64,000 bases of DNA, from positions 341,310,001 to 341,374,000 of the forward strand of contig OZ024740.1 of assembly GCA_964016885.1 (NCBI GenBank). Reading direction: 5' to 3'. This DNA comes from Eledone cirrhosa (taxonomy: Eukaryota). This document shows positions 39,791 to 52,640 of the stretch, piece by piece. The position numbers were made by a program, and so were the translations under genes. The notes under the pieces are model-generated. The model ran no database searches. It worked only from the letters and a program-made list of their open reading frames with translations, and had not been told where the DNA came from. Each line of letters opens with the position of its first letter. The stretch's first letter is position 1.

Positions 39791-40132
39791 TCATTCATTT
39801 TCATCATTTCATTTTACGTCCGCTTTTCCCTGCTTGCAAGGGTGGGACGGGAACTGATTCTGGCTTTGATTTCTACAGCTGGATGCCCTTCCTAACACCA
39901 ACCTCATTTACAGTGAGTGCTGGGTGCTTTTTTGCCGTGGCACCTCCACGACCACTTTGCAGTGGAATGATAGGGACACCAGTCCCTATCATCTCATTTC
40001 TACAGCTGAGTAAACTGGAGCAATGTGAAATAAAGTGTCTTGCTCAAGGAAACAACACATCACCCGGTCTGAGAATTGAACTCACAACCTTTCGATTGCA
40101 AGGCCAATGCTCTAACCACTAAGCCATGTGCC
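39788..40132 (-). mobile_element. tRNA-derived SINE with RTE family A 3' tail
   Basis: Head GGCACATGGCTTAGTGGTTAG...GAGTTCAATTC, core CCTTGAGCAAGACACTT, tail matching the RTE-A 3' end. Confidence 0.85.
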
Positions 40133-41503
40133 AAGGCTTTCTCCAAGTCAACAAAAGCTAAGTATAGGGGTTTACTTTTAGCTAGGTACTTCTCCTGTAG
40201 TTGTCGTACAATGAAAAGAGCGTCTGTGGTACTTTTGCCTGACACAACACCGAACTGCATTTCATCTAGATCAATTCTCTCTCTGATTAGTTGCGCTATA
40301 ACTTTTTCCGTGACCTTCATGACCTGGTCGATTAATTTAATGCCTCTATAGTTACTCCTATCTAGGGCATCTCCTTTACCCTTGTAACAGTTAATGATGA
40401 TGCTGCTACGCCAGTCCTTCGGAACAACCCCATTCTGTATGACTTGGTTAACTATCCGGGTGACCATGGTGTGTCCCACCGTTCCAGAGGCTTTCAGCAT
40501 CTCAGCAACTATTTCCGAAGGCCCAGCCGCCTTACCCATCTTCATATTTTTTGATTGCCTTACTTATTATAGTACCTTCGACTAACACTGCCGGTCCCTC
40601 TATTGGGTCGATGTGGGGGAGACTGTCTTTCTCCCATTTATTCTCCTCATTTAGAAGCCTTTCGTAGTGACACTTCCAAGCTACCTTCTTATCAGCGTCA
40701 GTGATGGCAAGTACACCATCATCATTAAGTACACACTACTCCCCGACAATATCACAGTTTTCCTTGACACATTGCCTAGCAATCCTGAACACCTCACGTT
40801 TTTGGTCCTCACGTTGTAGAATATGCTTGAAACGACAGCTGTATAACAAAGTGCAGGGCAATAAAGATAGACGGTAGCTACGGAGTAGGCAGACCCAGAA
40901 AAACCTGGGACGAGCTGATAAATTCCGACCTCACACACTTACACCTCTCCAAGACAATGTCACTGGACCGAGACCTTTGGCGGTACTCAGTAATAAAGAC
41001 CCGCCTTACCTAAATACAAAGTAAAACCTACTACAGTCAGTAGGCATCTCTAACAAAATACCCCCCCCCCCCCACCCCATCCACACCGCCCCTTTCAATG
41101 TAAAGTTATGTTGGTGCCACAACATCCAGGCCGAAACAAATGAGATCGTGTAGGTGTCACGACAAAAAACACACAGTCCACGCTGTAATGTGGCCGTGTA
41201 GGTAACATGGTAAAAACCTCCCAGTCCCACACTGTAAATGTGGTTGGTGTTAGGAAGGGCATCCAGCTGTAGAAAACCCGCCAGACAGTCCACGCTGTAA
41301 TGTGGCCGTGTAGGCAACACGGTAAAAACCACCCAGCCCCACACTGTAAATGTGGTTGGTGTTAGGAAGGGCATCCAGCTGTAGAAAACCCGCCAGACAG
41401 TCCTATGCGAGCAAGACAATCACTCTTGCCTCAAGTGGGAAAACCCCCGTCCAAACCCATGCAAGCGTGGAACACGGACGTTAAACGTTGATGATGATGA
41501 TGA
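40133..41503. mobile_element. RTE (family B-like) with inverted 5' part: RT fragment on - (40133-~40838) joined head-to-head to the 3' end on + (~40832-41503)
   Basis: Minus: RFKHILQREDQ..MKMGKAAGPS..FVDLEKA. Plus: [10 protein letters not shown], 3'UTR with a ~120-bp internal duplication, (GAT)n tail. Confidence 0.85.
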
Positions 41504-41511
41504 TACATACA

Positions 41512-41940
41512 TATCATCATCATCATCATCAACGTTTAACGTCCGTGTTCCACGCTTGCATGGGTTTGGACGGGGGTAGTCCCACTTGAGGCAAGAGTGA
41601 TTGTCTTGCTCGCATAGGACTGTCTGGCAGGTTTTCTACAGTTGGATGCCCTTCCTAACACCAACCACATTTACAGTGTGGGTCTGGGAGGTTTTTACCG
41701 TGTTGCCTACACGGCCACATTACAGCGTGGACTGTGTGTTTTTTTGTCGTGACACCTACACGATCTCATTTGTTTCGGCCTCGATGGCGCGGCACCAACA
41801 TAACTTTACATAGAACGGGGTGGTGTGGATCGGGTGGGGGTGGTGGGACGGGGTGTATTTGTTAGAGATGCCTACTGGCTGGAGTAGGTTTTACTATATA
41901 TTTAGGTAAGGCGGGTCTTCTCTGTTACTGAGTACCGCCA
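41512..41940 (-). mobile_element. RTE family B 3' end, tail-to-tail with the preceding copy
   Basis: (CAT)n AACGTTTAACGTCCGTG... 3'UTR consensus. Confidence 0.9.
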
Positions 41941-41949
41941 TATGTATAT

Positions 41950-42023
<74 letters not shown>

Positions 42024-44064
42024 GTTTTCGAAGGAAATTAAACGATGCTGATATCAATAATAATTAAAAGGATGGTATATCAATAATATGAAAATTTATT
42101 ATAATGTTTTCCATTCCGACATAGCTTCAAACCAATTGTATATTTATGTGTAACTGTTCACTTAGACTTTATTCCATAATCTCTTTATTTACTTTGTTAT
42201 CACCTAATTACCCCCCCCCCCCTCCGCAAACCAGCTCTGTTTAATATCTCTTCCTTAATGTAACAACTGGTAGCTCACATAACTTTGTTTGCTAAAGTGA
42301 CACCCTACTCGATCTCTGATTCACATCATACACCGATTAGGGTCATTCTAAAATCGCTGCTCTTGTTTACTGGTTACTTACATAAGCACAAGGATCTAGG
42401 ATACAGGCTACTGAATTATCCTTGTCGTATTACTGGTTCATATTGACTCTAGTGGTAAGAAAGACAAAAATCAACCATAGTAGGATTTGAACTAAGAAAT
42501 CCAGCAATGTAATGAATTTAAACTGATACTTAAATATCTCATCTATCCTAATCAAAGTATTTATTTACAGATTAACTCTAAATTATTAATTAGCAGCTTA
42601 TTCCTTTATACATTTTAAGTCTTAACTTACGAATTTTAAGAATCTTACACCTCAAAGAAGGCGTGAGTTCGATTCCCAGACCGAGCGATGCGTTATGTAA
42701 CGTTGCTCCTTCTGCCTGGATTTACGACCAGTAGATAGTATTAGCAATTGGAAAGACCAATGGAAACATTGTTTTCTTGGTCCGATTTAACGAGCTCCAC
42801 CCCACTTGTTAAGTGAATGAGGTTTGGGATCTTGTCGATCAACTGTTATACCTCAAATTCTATATACTATAATGGTAACATCTATTTCATGTTTAATTCT
42901 CTAAAAACTTTCTATTTGGCATTTGAATCAATGATAATTTCAACATATGTTTCAAGAATTTCTTACACAAAGCCTTTTTTAATAGATGGGTCTAAAAAGG
43001 AAAGGGCTTGCCTATATTCTATTAGAACTCATGAGGTTAGATCCTCCCCCGCCACCTAAAATCACTGTATTTCAAGTAATTAGTTCATTAAGATGGTATT
43101 TGTAATATAATCTAAAAAAAAGTCTTATATTAATTTATTTATGTTAGAAGATATTAATTTAACTAGGAAGCCTCTAAAATGGGTTGTTTTGTTTTATAGA
43201 ACCAGAAGTGGTTTGGGCAGACTGGTACCAAAACGGTTCTGACTCGCACATCTCTCGCTTTCTCTCCCCATTAGTATTTTGGTTTCATTCACACTTATAT
43301 TAACCATATTGATGTTGCCAGTCTAGGAGGTCCTGCAAAATTCATGGGGCATTGCTTTTTCTCTGTCTAAATTACCCAATTCTTTCTTCATAACACTGGT
43401 TTATTGAAATTAAAAAAATTAAATTTACAGCTCATACCTATGTAGGTTTATTTGGCCTCTTTTGAGGTGACATCCTATCGGAGGTTTCTTGGCTGTTTTA
43501 ATGATAGAGGGCCCAGTCCTATCATGAAAACTAACATAAAATGGAATGTCTTGTTCAGGTTCACAATGCACTGCCTGGCTCAGGAATTGAACCCATCACC
43601 TTATAATTGTGAGTCCAACAACCCAACCACTGAGCCACTCAACTTCACATTATCATATTGGACAACTTATATTTGAAATTGTTTGCTACTTTGCCAGATG
43701 GATAAACCTGTTTCCAAGCTCTTCACCTCTATCCCATTCATATCACATTGACTCCTGTTATAGCTATCTCTCTTCTCTCACTTGACAACACACTGTGTTC
43801 ACATCAATATATTTCAATTACACTAACTTCATTAGCTACTTTATATTATTTAATATTGTTTGCATGTAAAAGCTATTTGAGCAAGTTATACACCTATTCC
43901 ACTAGGTGCTGATAGATATAGACAATGCCCATTGTAACTATCCTTGATAATGAAAACCATGATTACATACACATACTAAATATAGCCAATGACAGAGCTT
44001 CCACATGGTCATATGTTATGCTAGGAATAGCAATCACACCTCTTTCAAATTATACTCTTTCATC

Positions 44065-44396
44065 TTAACCCTTTTGATACCAATCAATCCAAAAGTGGCT
44101 CTTGTTCTATGAAACAAAAACTACTCTATGTTAATGTTTTTGTAATGAAATACTCAATTTTAATAAATCCTTCAAAATTCATTGAAATAGAATAGACATA
44201 GGCAACTTTTTTGAGCAGTGAACTGCATGAGGTATGACTCATCATAAGGTGGGCCACATTACTAAAAAATTAAAGGTAATTTTTCATTTGACATGCCATC
44301 CAGAAAACTAAATGGGTCACATGTGGTACTCGGGCTGTAGTTTGCCCATGACTGTAATAGTGTATTTCATTAGAAACACGGTCACAAAAGGGTTAA
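44065..44396. mobile_element. piggyBac-type MITE (second family) with a probable nested hAT-type MITE (~44193-44354)
   Basis: TTAA-CCCTTTTG...CAAAAGGG-TTAA; inner TAGACATAGGCAAC...TTGCCCATGACTG. Confidence 0.65.
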
Positions 44397-44932
44397 ACAA
44401 AGAGGAAGGACATATTAGATGATATTGTCCTAGATATATATATTGTCTGAAAATAAATCAGAGTGGTTACAGCTGGGATACCTTTGGCCATAGGTCTCCT
44501 TGATCAGGGCCACTTGGGAGTTAAATAATAACAACTATCAGTCAGTATTTTAGTAAACTAGTTAATAATACAGTGAGTAACAGTCAGTAATGGAAGGAAC
44601 AACAAGTGGGTACATGTGTGGCTTTGTAGTTCCAGAGTAGATAGCACTGTGCATCACCTTGGACAAGTGTCTTCTACTATAGCTTAGAATAGACCCAAGC
44701 TTTGTGAGTAAAATTAGCTGGCTGAAAACTGTGAATTGTAACTGTTCTTGGGTTAGCACAATCACTCAGCCATTAGGTGCCTTTAATGGAGTCCAATCTG
44801 CTGGAAGTATTTGAACAAGGTTTCTAATCTGAGGATAACCAAGAGGTTATGATTTCTTCCTCTCTACTAGTCTTGTAGAGCCTGTAAAAAGGTCATGAAT
44901 ACTGCCCGCCCTCTTTTGACTGTTATAGAGAG

Positions 44933-45128
44933 GTGAACAGTTAGTCATGTAGTGAACACCAGTTAGTCATGTAGTGAACACCACTCAGTGTTGTAGTGAA
45001 CACCACACAGTGATGTAGTGAACACCACACAGTGATGTAGTGAACACCACACAGTGATGTAGTGAACACTATTCGGTGTTGTAGTGAACGCCATGCAGTA
45101 ATGTAGTGAACACTACTCGGTGATGTAG
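44933..45128. repeat. 22-bp minisatellite (~9 copies, GTAGTGAACACCACACAGTGAT)
   Basis: Read directly. Confidence 0.85.
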
Positions 45129-45162
45129 AAAATAATGAGAGAATATAATAGATAAGAAAATT

Positions 45163-45387
45163 GTGGTCGTACCACTGGCAGTGGAGACTTCTGGTGTCCT
45201 CGGCCCCAGGGCTACCTCCTTACTCACCACCATAGGCGCTGAGCTGGCCAGCCACAGGTGTGAGCCCCGCGAGTTGGAGTGGCTTTTCCAGCGCGCCTCC
45301 CTTGCCGTCCTCCTGGGAAATGCCTTCTCCATTCTGTCCGCCGGGGCTGTGGGTGGGCCCCATCGCATACCATTGCAGTTGTTGTAG
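45163..45387 (+). pseudogene. Second CRE-type RLE fragment
   Basis: VVPLAVETSGVLGP...LEWLFQRASLAVLLGNAFSIL, homologous to ~15214-15430. Confidence 0.8.
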
Positions 45388-45702
45388 AAGAAACAGGAAG
45401 ACAACAACTGGAAACCTAAGAAACAGTAATGGAAGAAAGATAGTATTGGAGGGAATAATAGTTGGTGATAAGAAAGTGTGATAGGTGGTGGAAGACAAAG
45501 ATGAATGTCAAATGGATGTACTAATTTACATATCATTAATGCTCATGTTGGTTGTTAATTATAGTATATATTAATCTGTCTGCTACACAACCAAAATATA
45601 TACACAGCATAGAAGTAACTGAGACTGTAAATGTGTATAAGAAATGTGTAAATCGATTAAAGGTTTTTTTATACATATTTACTTGGCTGCTTAGTGCACA
45701 AT

Positions 45703-45783
<81 letters not shown>

Positions 45784-45846
45784 GTATATATATATGTATA
45801 TATATATGTATATATATGTATATATATATGTATATATATATATATA

Positions 45847-46683
45847 ATTAGCTGCTAAAGGGTTCTCCCTAAAAATGAAAGGCAGGTTGTACGATGCCTG
45901 CATACGAACAGCAATGTTGCATGGTAGTGAGACCTGGGCATTGTGTGCAGAGGATATACGCAGACTAGAGAGGAACGAAGCTTGCATGCTCCGCTGGATG
46001 TGTAACAGTAATATACGTGAACGGCAAAGCATAAACGAACTAAGGAAAAAATTAGAGATAAGAGGGATCAGATGTTGTTTACTCGAGAGAAGGCTGCGTT
46101 GGTATGGACACGTGATGCGCATGAAAGTCGATAGCTGTATTACAAAGTGCAGGGCAATAAAGATAGACGGTAGCCACGGAATAGGCAGACCTAGAAAAAC
46201 ATGGGATGAGCTGATAAACTCCGACCTCACACACTTACACCTCTCCAAGACAATGTCACTGGACCATGACCTTTGGCGGTACTCAGTAACAGAGAAGACC
46301 CGCCTTGCCAGTAGGCATCTCTAACAAACTACACCCCGTCCCGCCACCACCCCCACCCCATCCACACCACCCCGTTCCATGTAAAGTTATGTTGGTGCCG
46401 CGCCATCCAGGCCGAAACAAACGAGATCGTGTAGGTGTCACGACAAAAAAACACACAGTCCACGCTGTAATGTGGCCGTGTAGGCAACACGGTAAAAACC
46501 TCCCAGACCCACACTGTAAATATGGTTGGTGTTAGGAAGGGCATCCAACTGTAGAAAACCTGCCAGACAGTCCTATGCGAGCAAGACAATCACTCTTGCC
46601 TCAAGTGGGACTACCCCCGTCCAAACCCATGCAAGCGTGGAACACGGACGTTAAACGTTGATGATGATGATGATGATGATGAT
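45847..46683 (+). mobile_element. 5'-truncated RTE family B
   Basis: [20 protein letters not shown]...RLRWYGHV...GRPRKTW, 3'UTR, (GAT)n; embedded in (TA)n. Confidence 0.95.
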
Positions 46684-47529
<846 letters not shown>

Positions 47530-47683
47530 GGGAGGAGGTTATAGTTCACTTGAAGCATTGTGTAATGAGGTATAAACGTTACAATATGTGTAATAAGGCC
47601 AAGACAATGCAGATATGGACATAGAAAAAAGAATGCAATAGTGAGAGATATTGATGAGAATTCGTCTATCACCTTGAATTTAT

Positions 47684-50600
47684 TTAAATGTCCTTAATTT
47701 TCGAGATAATATCTCTTCTTCGGAGGGAAGTAAAAGTCTCAGACCACCGTCTTAAATTTCCAATGAAGCCATGCATGGATAACAAGGTGTCGAGATGTTT
47801 CTTAAAGACATCCACCTCCACGTCATGCAAGTCTCGCAGATGCCTCGGCAGCCTGTTGAAGAGTTGAGGGCCCTTGAATCCCAGGCTATTGCAATACCTG
47901 CTCCTTATTCTAGATGTGGAAGACGGGACCTTTGGCACCACACAGTGACGTCCTGTTCGACGGTTGGTCCAGCTCCCAATGCCAAAGTTTGGTGCTAGTC
48001 CCTCCAGGATTTTCCACATGTAGATCACTGCGTATCTCTCCTGTCTTCGCTCCAAGGAGTAGAGGTTCAGTTCCTTTAGCCTCTCCCAGTAGCTTGTCTC
48101 CCTCATCTTGGCAATCCTCTTGGTGTAGCTTCGCTGGATTGCCTCAAGCTCCGTGGTTAGTTTGACACTATGGGGTGACCACAGCTGGGAGCAGTAGTCC
48201 AGGCGGCTTAGGACAAAAGTCCTCCACAGTGTCAACATGGTGTCTCGATCTCTTGTACGGAAAGTCCTCAAGATCCAGCCAGCGAATCGTCTACATGTTC
48301 TCGCCACCTTCATGATGTGTGAAGAAAAAGATGCATCATCGCTCATGTCTATGCCCAGGTCTCGTATCGATTTTGACACGGGGATATCGGTCCCTCCTGG
48401 TCCTGTGTAGCTGTGTTCCGCTATATTTGTGTTTGTGTTTGCAGGTTTGTATTGTAGGGCTTGGAATTTGCCAGCATTAAACTGCATGTTGTTTTCTTCC
48501 GCCCATCTGTATATGGCATCCAGATCCTGCTGTAAGAGGGCAGCGTCAGCCGGGTTTTTGATTGCCTGTGCTACCTTAGTGTCATCAGCATAGCTAGTGA
48601 GGGATGTTGTTGCATGCACCACAGAGGGCATGTCCGAGAGAGCCACCAAAAACAGTAGTGGTCCCAGGACTGTCCCCTGGGGCATCCCACTTGTTATCGG
48701 TGTTTCCCTCGAGAGGGCCCCATTTGCTGTGACTGCCTGGCTTCTGTCCCTTAGGAAGCCATGCAGCCACTCACCTACTTTTCCAGTTATGCCGAGTCCG
48801 TGTAGTTTGTGACATATCATTCCGTGGTCGACCTTGTCAAAGGCCTTCGCAAAGTCAAGATATATCACGTCTACATGTGAGCTGTCTAGTAGTTGTCTCA
48901 GTACCCAGTCGTAGTGATGTAGCAGCTGTGTAAGGCAGCTTCTTCCTGGGCGGAAGCCATGTTGCGTGCTAGTCAGGCGGTCATTTTCTTCGAGGAAAGT
49001 GATTAGTTTCTTTCTGACGACTCGCTCCATGACCTTACTGATATGCGACGTCAGAGAGACTGGCCTATAGTTCTTGGCCTCCGCTCTACTACCTCCTTTA
49101 TGGATAGGGCATATTGTGCCTTCTTTCAGCTCCCTGGGTAGTACACCGCTAGCCAAGGAGCTTCTGAAGAGCATCTTCAGTGGAGTTGCTAAGGCCCGCT
49201 TACATATTTTTAGGAGAACTGCTGGGAATCCATCAGGTCCAGCAGCCGAGTCTGTTCTAATTTCATCAATGGCGTACACCACATCCTCCTCCGTTATGTC
49301 TATGTGGTTGATGGTTGCCATTTCTTGATGTAGTGTTGTGGCATCAAAGAACTCCTCTGGCTTCGTTATTTGCATGTGCCTCAGTGGACATGTGAAGACA
49401 CTTTTGTACTGTTCGTTCAGTATTTCACATATCTCTTGGGGATTTTCGGTTAATGAACCGTCCGTGTGGAAGAGTGGTCCAATCTTGCAGTGTACTGTGG
49501 CAGTTTCTCTTGCAAATTTAAAGAAGGCCTTAGGGTTTGTTTTAATGTTTTCTATGGCCCTGTTCTCTTTCTTTGCCCTCTCATTCTCATGTGAAAGTTT
49601 GAGTGCAATCTCGGTGTCAAGTAGTGCACGTTTCAAATAGGATTCCTTCTTGTTTTGGTTTTGTTGACTATTCAACTGGTTTGAGAGTTTAGTTCTACGT
49701 CTCATAAGGATTTTCCTATCTCTGGGAATAAGATTTTTGTGTCTGTTTGCCTCTTTCTCCGGGACACACTTTTTGCATATGGTGTGTATCGTTGTCATGA
49801 AGTGTTGAAATTGTGTGTTAGTGTCTTGTGTGGCGATGTTTTCACTCCATGTTTGCTTCCGGATTTCACTCTTAATCTTTTTCCAGTTAGCCTTGTAGAA
49901 GTTAAGGTTGGATAGCGTCCCGGAGCTTCTTGGTGGTTTTGTCTCTGTTGGTTCTCTTGGACCACATATCATTAGCTCTACTAAGTTATGATCCGAGAGA
50001 ATTGTTGGTGTCACCTTTACATTGTGGATGAGCACTTCGTTGTTTGTAAAACAGAGGTCCAGGACATTTTCGCCTCTTGTTGGGAGGAGTATTGCTTGCT
50101 CCATGAACAGCCTGTGTGTGAGGGCCAGCAGGGATTCCGTCTGTCTCTGTTCTATTGACGTCATTCCAGGGAGGAGGTGGCCCTCAGGCCATTTGTCCTT
50201 TGGTAGGTTGAAGTCTCCCAGCAGTAGGATGTTGAGACCCTGGTCCAGTTTGTCAAGGACCTCTTCTATCCTACTTAGGCTATCCTCAAATTTACCCTCA
50301 TGACTGGGGGCATCGGGCGGCCGATATGTGACACATATTACCGTCTGTAGTTGCTTCATATGTATTATCAGTGTGTCACAGACTGAGTTTGAATATGTCA
50401 ACAGTACAATTGGTGTGACATCTTCACGGATATACAGAGCAACCCCACCATGAGTTCTCTCCTTCCTGTCTGAACGAAATACAGTATATTTCGGTATATG
50501 TATTTCTGCATCTGCTATACTGCTTGTCAGGTGTGTTTCGGTTAGTGCCATGCATAGTGCTTGATTGCTTATGGCTAAGTCTCCCAGGTAGGAAATTTTA

Positions 50601-50716
50601 CTCATGTTGCTGAGTTTCACCAGGCCCCTGACATTCAGCAGCAGCACTGGTGTGACTTTTGGGGTGCCAGTAATGGCTGTCGGTATGACACCTGGTCTGG
50701 TGTCAACGGCGGCCAC
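47684..50716 (-). CDS. CR1 LINE ORF2 (APE endonuclease + RT), open for 1010 aa; the last ~30 aa read through a 3' truncation at ~47776
   Basis: LLNVRGL, ALTETHL, YRPP, LGDFNLP, LDL, SDH; GPDG, YRPVSL, QHGFR, YLDFAKAFDKV, PQGTVLGP, YADD. Confidence 0.92.
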   Translation of the reverse strand: MAAVDTRPGVIPTAITGTPKVTPVLLLNVRGLVKLSNMSKISYLGDLAISNQALCMALTETHLTSSIADAEIHIPKYTVFRSDRKERTHGGVALYIREDVTPIVLLTYSNSVCDTLIIHMKQLQTVICVTYRPPDAPSHEGKFEDSLSRIEEVLDKLDQGLNILLLGDFNLPKDKWPEGHLLPGMTSIEQRQTESLLALTHRLFMEQAILLPTRGENVLDLCFTNNEVLIHNVKVTPTILSDHNLVELMICGPREPTETKPPRSSGTLSNLNFYKANWKKIKSEIRKQTWSENIATQDTNTQFQHFMTTIHTICKKCVPEKEANRHKNLIPRDRKILMRRRTKLSNQLNSQQNQNKKESYLKRALLDTEIALKLSHENERAKKENRAIENIKTNPKAFFKFARETATVHCKIGPLFHTDGSLTENPQEICEILNEQYKSVFTCPLRHMQITKPEEFFDATTLHQEMATINHIDITEEDVVYAIDEIRTDSAAGPDGFPAVLLKICKRALATPLKMLFRSSLASGVLPRELKEGTICPIHKGGSRAEAKNYRPVSLTSHISKVMERVVRKKLITFLEENDRLTSTQHGFRPGRSCLTQLLHHYDWVLRQLLDSSHVDVIYLDFAKAFDKVDHGMICHKLHGLGITGKVGEWLHGFLRDRSQAVTANGALSRETPITSGMPQGTVLGPLLFLVALSDMPSVVHATTSLTSYADDTKVAQAIKNPADAALLQQDLDAIYRWAEENNMQFNAGKFQALQYKPANTNTNIAEHSYTGPGGTDIPVSKSIRDLGIDMSDDASFSSHIMKVARTCRRFAGWILRTFRTRDRDTMLTLWRTFVLSRLDYCSQLWSPHSVKLTTELEAIQRSYTKRIAKMRETSYWERLKELNLYSLERRQERYAVIYMWKILEGLAPNFGIGSWTNRRTGRHCVVPKVPSSTSRIRSRYCNSLGFKGPQLFNRLPRHLRDLHDVEVDVFKKHLDTLLSMHGFIGNLRRWSETFTSLRRRDIISKIKDI

Positions 50717-51218
50717 TCTGGGTCCCTTAACTGCGGTGGTCTCGAGTGCTGGTGTGGATGACCCTGGCTCTGGAGACGATGCAGCCAGGTCAGCTGTCCC
50801 ACAATCTTCTCTGCCATCACTAAAAAATTTTTCTGATCTGCTGCTGCCATCTGTATCTCATCGGCATGTGCGTGCCTTCTCCTTGTTGGTGCAGCACGCG
50901 CGACATCAGCATACTTCTGGAGCGGCTTTTTTCGGCTTTGGCTGGGGCATGTTGCGCGAGTATGATGGGCATAGTTCGTTTGAGACCTAGGGTGGGCGAA
51001 TCTGCATCCCATCCCTGTCTCTCCATGCCAGCATGTCCCGTTCTTGAAAAACTTGCACATTACTTGGGGTTTTTTGCTCCCAGTGTCTCGGTGCTTTCTG
51101 TTCTTTCTTTGAACAGTTGTCCACTGGTCCCTCTGCGCTTGGTTCTCCTTCGGAAGGTGATTTCGCTTTTCACCCTTGCCCTTAGCTTGTTGGTTGCCCG
51201 GCCTGCCCTCCCTGCCTG
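50635..51218 (-). pseudogene. CR1 ORF1 C-terminal part with CCCH zinc finger, cut by an RTE tail
   Basis: CKFFKNGTCWHGETGMGCRFAH; stop at 51062-51060; overlaps the ORF2 start. Confidence 0.65.
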
Positions 51219-51219
51219 T

Positions 51220-51562
51220 ATCATCATCATCATCATCATCAACGTTTAACGTCCGTGTTCCACGCTTGCATGGGTTTGGACGGGGGTAGTCCCACTTGAG
51301 GCAAGAGTGATTGTCTTGCTCGCATAGGACTGTCTGGCAGGTTTTCTACAGTTGGATGCCCTTCCTAACACCAACCACATTTACAGTTTGGGTCTGGGAG
51401 GTCTTTACCGTGTTGCCTACACGGCCACATTACAGCGTGGACTGTGTGTTTTTTTGTCGTGACACCTACACGATCTCATTTGTTTCGGCCTGGATAGCGC
51501 GGCACCAACATAACTTTACATAGAACGGGATGGAGTGGGGGTGGTGGTGGTGGGACGGGGTG

Positions 51563-51565
<3 letters not shown>
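51220..51565 (-). mobile_element. RTE family B 3'UTR fragment
   Basis: Consensus 3'UTR with (GAT)n tail. Confidence 0.9.
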
Positions 51566-51653
<88 letters not shown>

Positions 51654-51908
51654 TACATATATATGTATATATATACATACATATATATATATATATATAA
51701 TATATAAGATCAAAAGATGGTTAAAGGAGTTCCTTGTATTTTATTATGCGCATCTTATATATTATGTATACTCCAGTCCTACAAACTGTAGAGTGCTTCT
51801 TATCCGATATCTGCATTGCTTTATTGTACTACAATAAAACTCACCTCCTACATTATATATATATAAATATATATATATATATACATACATATATATATAT
51901 ATATATAA

Positions 51909-52617
51909 CCGTAATAGACGAGTTACTTGGTATAATGCTCCATTTAATTTACAAATTAAGGATAATATTGCTAAAAAATTTTTTTATATCCTAGAGAAAA
52001 ACTTCCCGCCAAACCACAAATACCATCAAATCTTAAATAGATCAACAGTTAAATTCTCATACTCAACAACCAAAAACATAAAACAAAATATAAGTGCCTA
52101 TAATGCATATAAATGTAAAAAAACCATAAGTATACCACCAATACATCAAACTAACCATAATATCTCCTCAAATACAGAATTAACGAAAGGTTGTAACTGT
52201 AGAAAGAAAGCAAACTGCCCATTAAAAGGAAATTGTCTTGTTAACAACATAGTTTATAAATGTAAAGTTAAAACTAAAGATTCTATTTGCTCATATATAG
52301 GAGCTACTTCTAACAATTTTAAGGTAAGGTTTAATACCCACAAACATAGTTTTAAAAATGCCGCACTGGCTAATACAACATCTCTAGCAGAAAAAATTAA
52401 TAGTTATAGAAATAAGAATATAGAATATGATATGACCTGGAGTGTGCTCAAAAGAGCCACCCCTTATCAAAATAATAGAAATGAATGTAGATTATGTTCC
52501 CAAGAACTATTTGAAATAATGAAATCTAAGGATATCCTATTAAATAAGCGACAGGAATTAATTATATCGTGTAATCATAAACTGAGAAAAACATTTAAAT
52601 ATTATAAACCTAATTAA
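51909..52617 (+). pseudogene. Second Penelope-like (Naiad-type) GIY-YIG fragment, AT-rich family
   Basis: RRVTWYNAPF, KNFPPNHKYH, CNCRKKANCPLKGNC, IVYKC..SYIG, CRLCSQE, LNKRQEL..CNH; one frameshift near 51980. Confidence 0.85.
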
Positions 52618-52640
52618 TAATATATATTTTAGAAATTAAT

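Noticed and set aside
40062-40132. tRNA gene
   Set aside because: A and B boxes are present but the acceptor stem does not pair and the sequence continues into a SINE core and LINE tail.
44933-45128. 22-bp (and 27-bp at 21361) repeats as CRISPR-like arrays
   Set aside because: Head-to-tail with no unique spacers, no cas genes, eukaryotic context.
47692-47726. Hammerhead-like motif on the minus strand (CCGAAGA..GAGAUA/UAUCUC GAAA)
   Set aside because: U4 is changed, there is an extra A, stem I is only 3 bp and stem III is too short.
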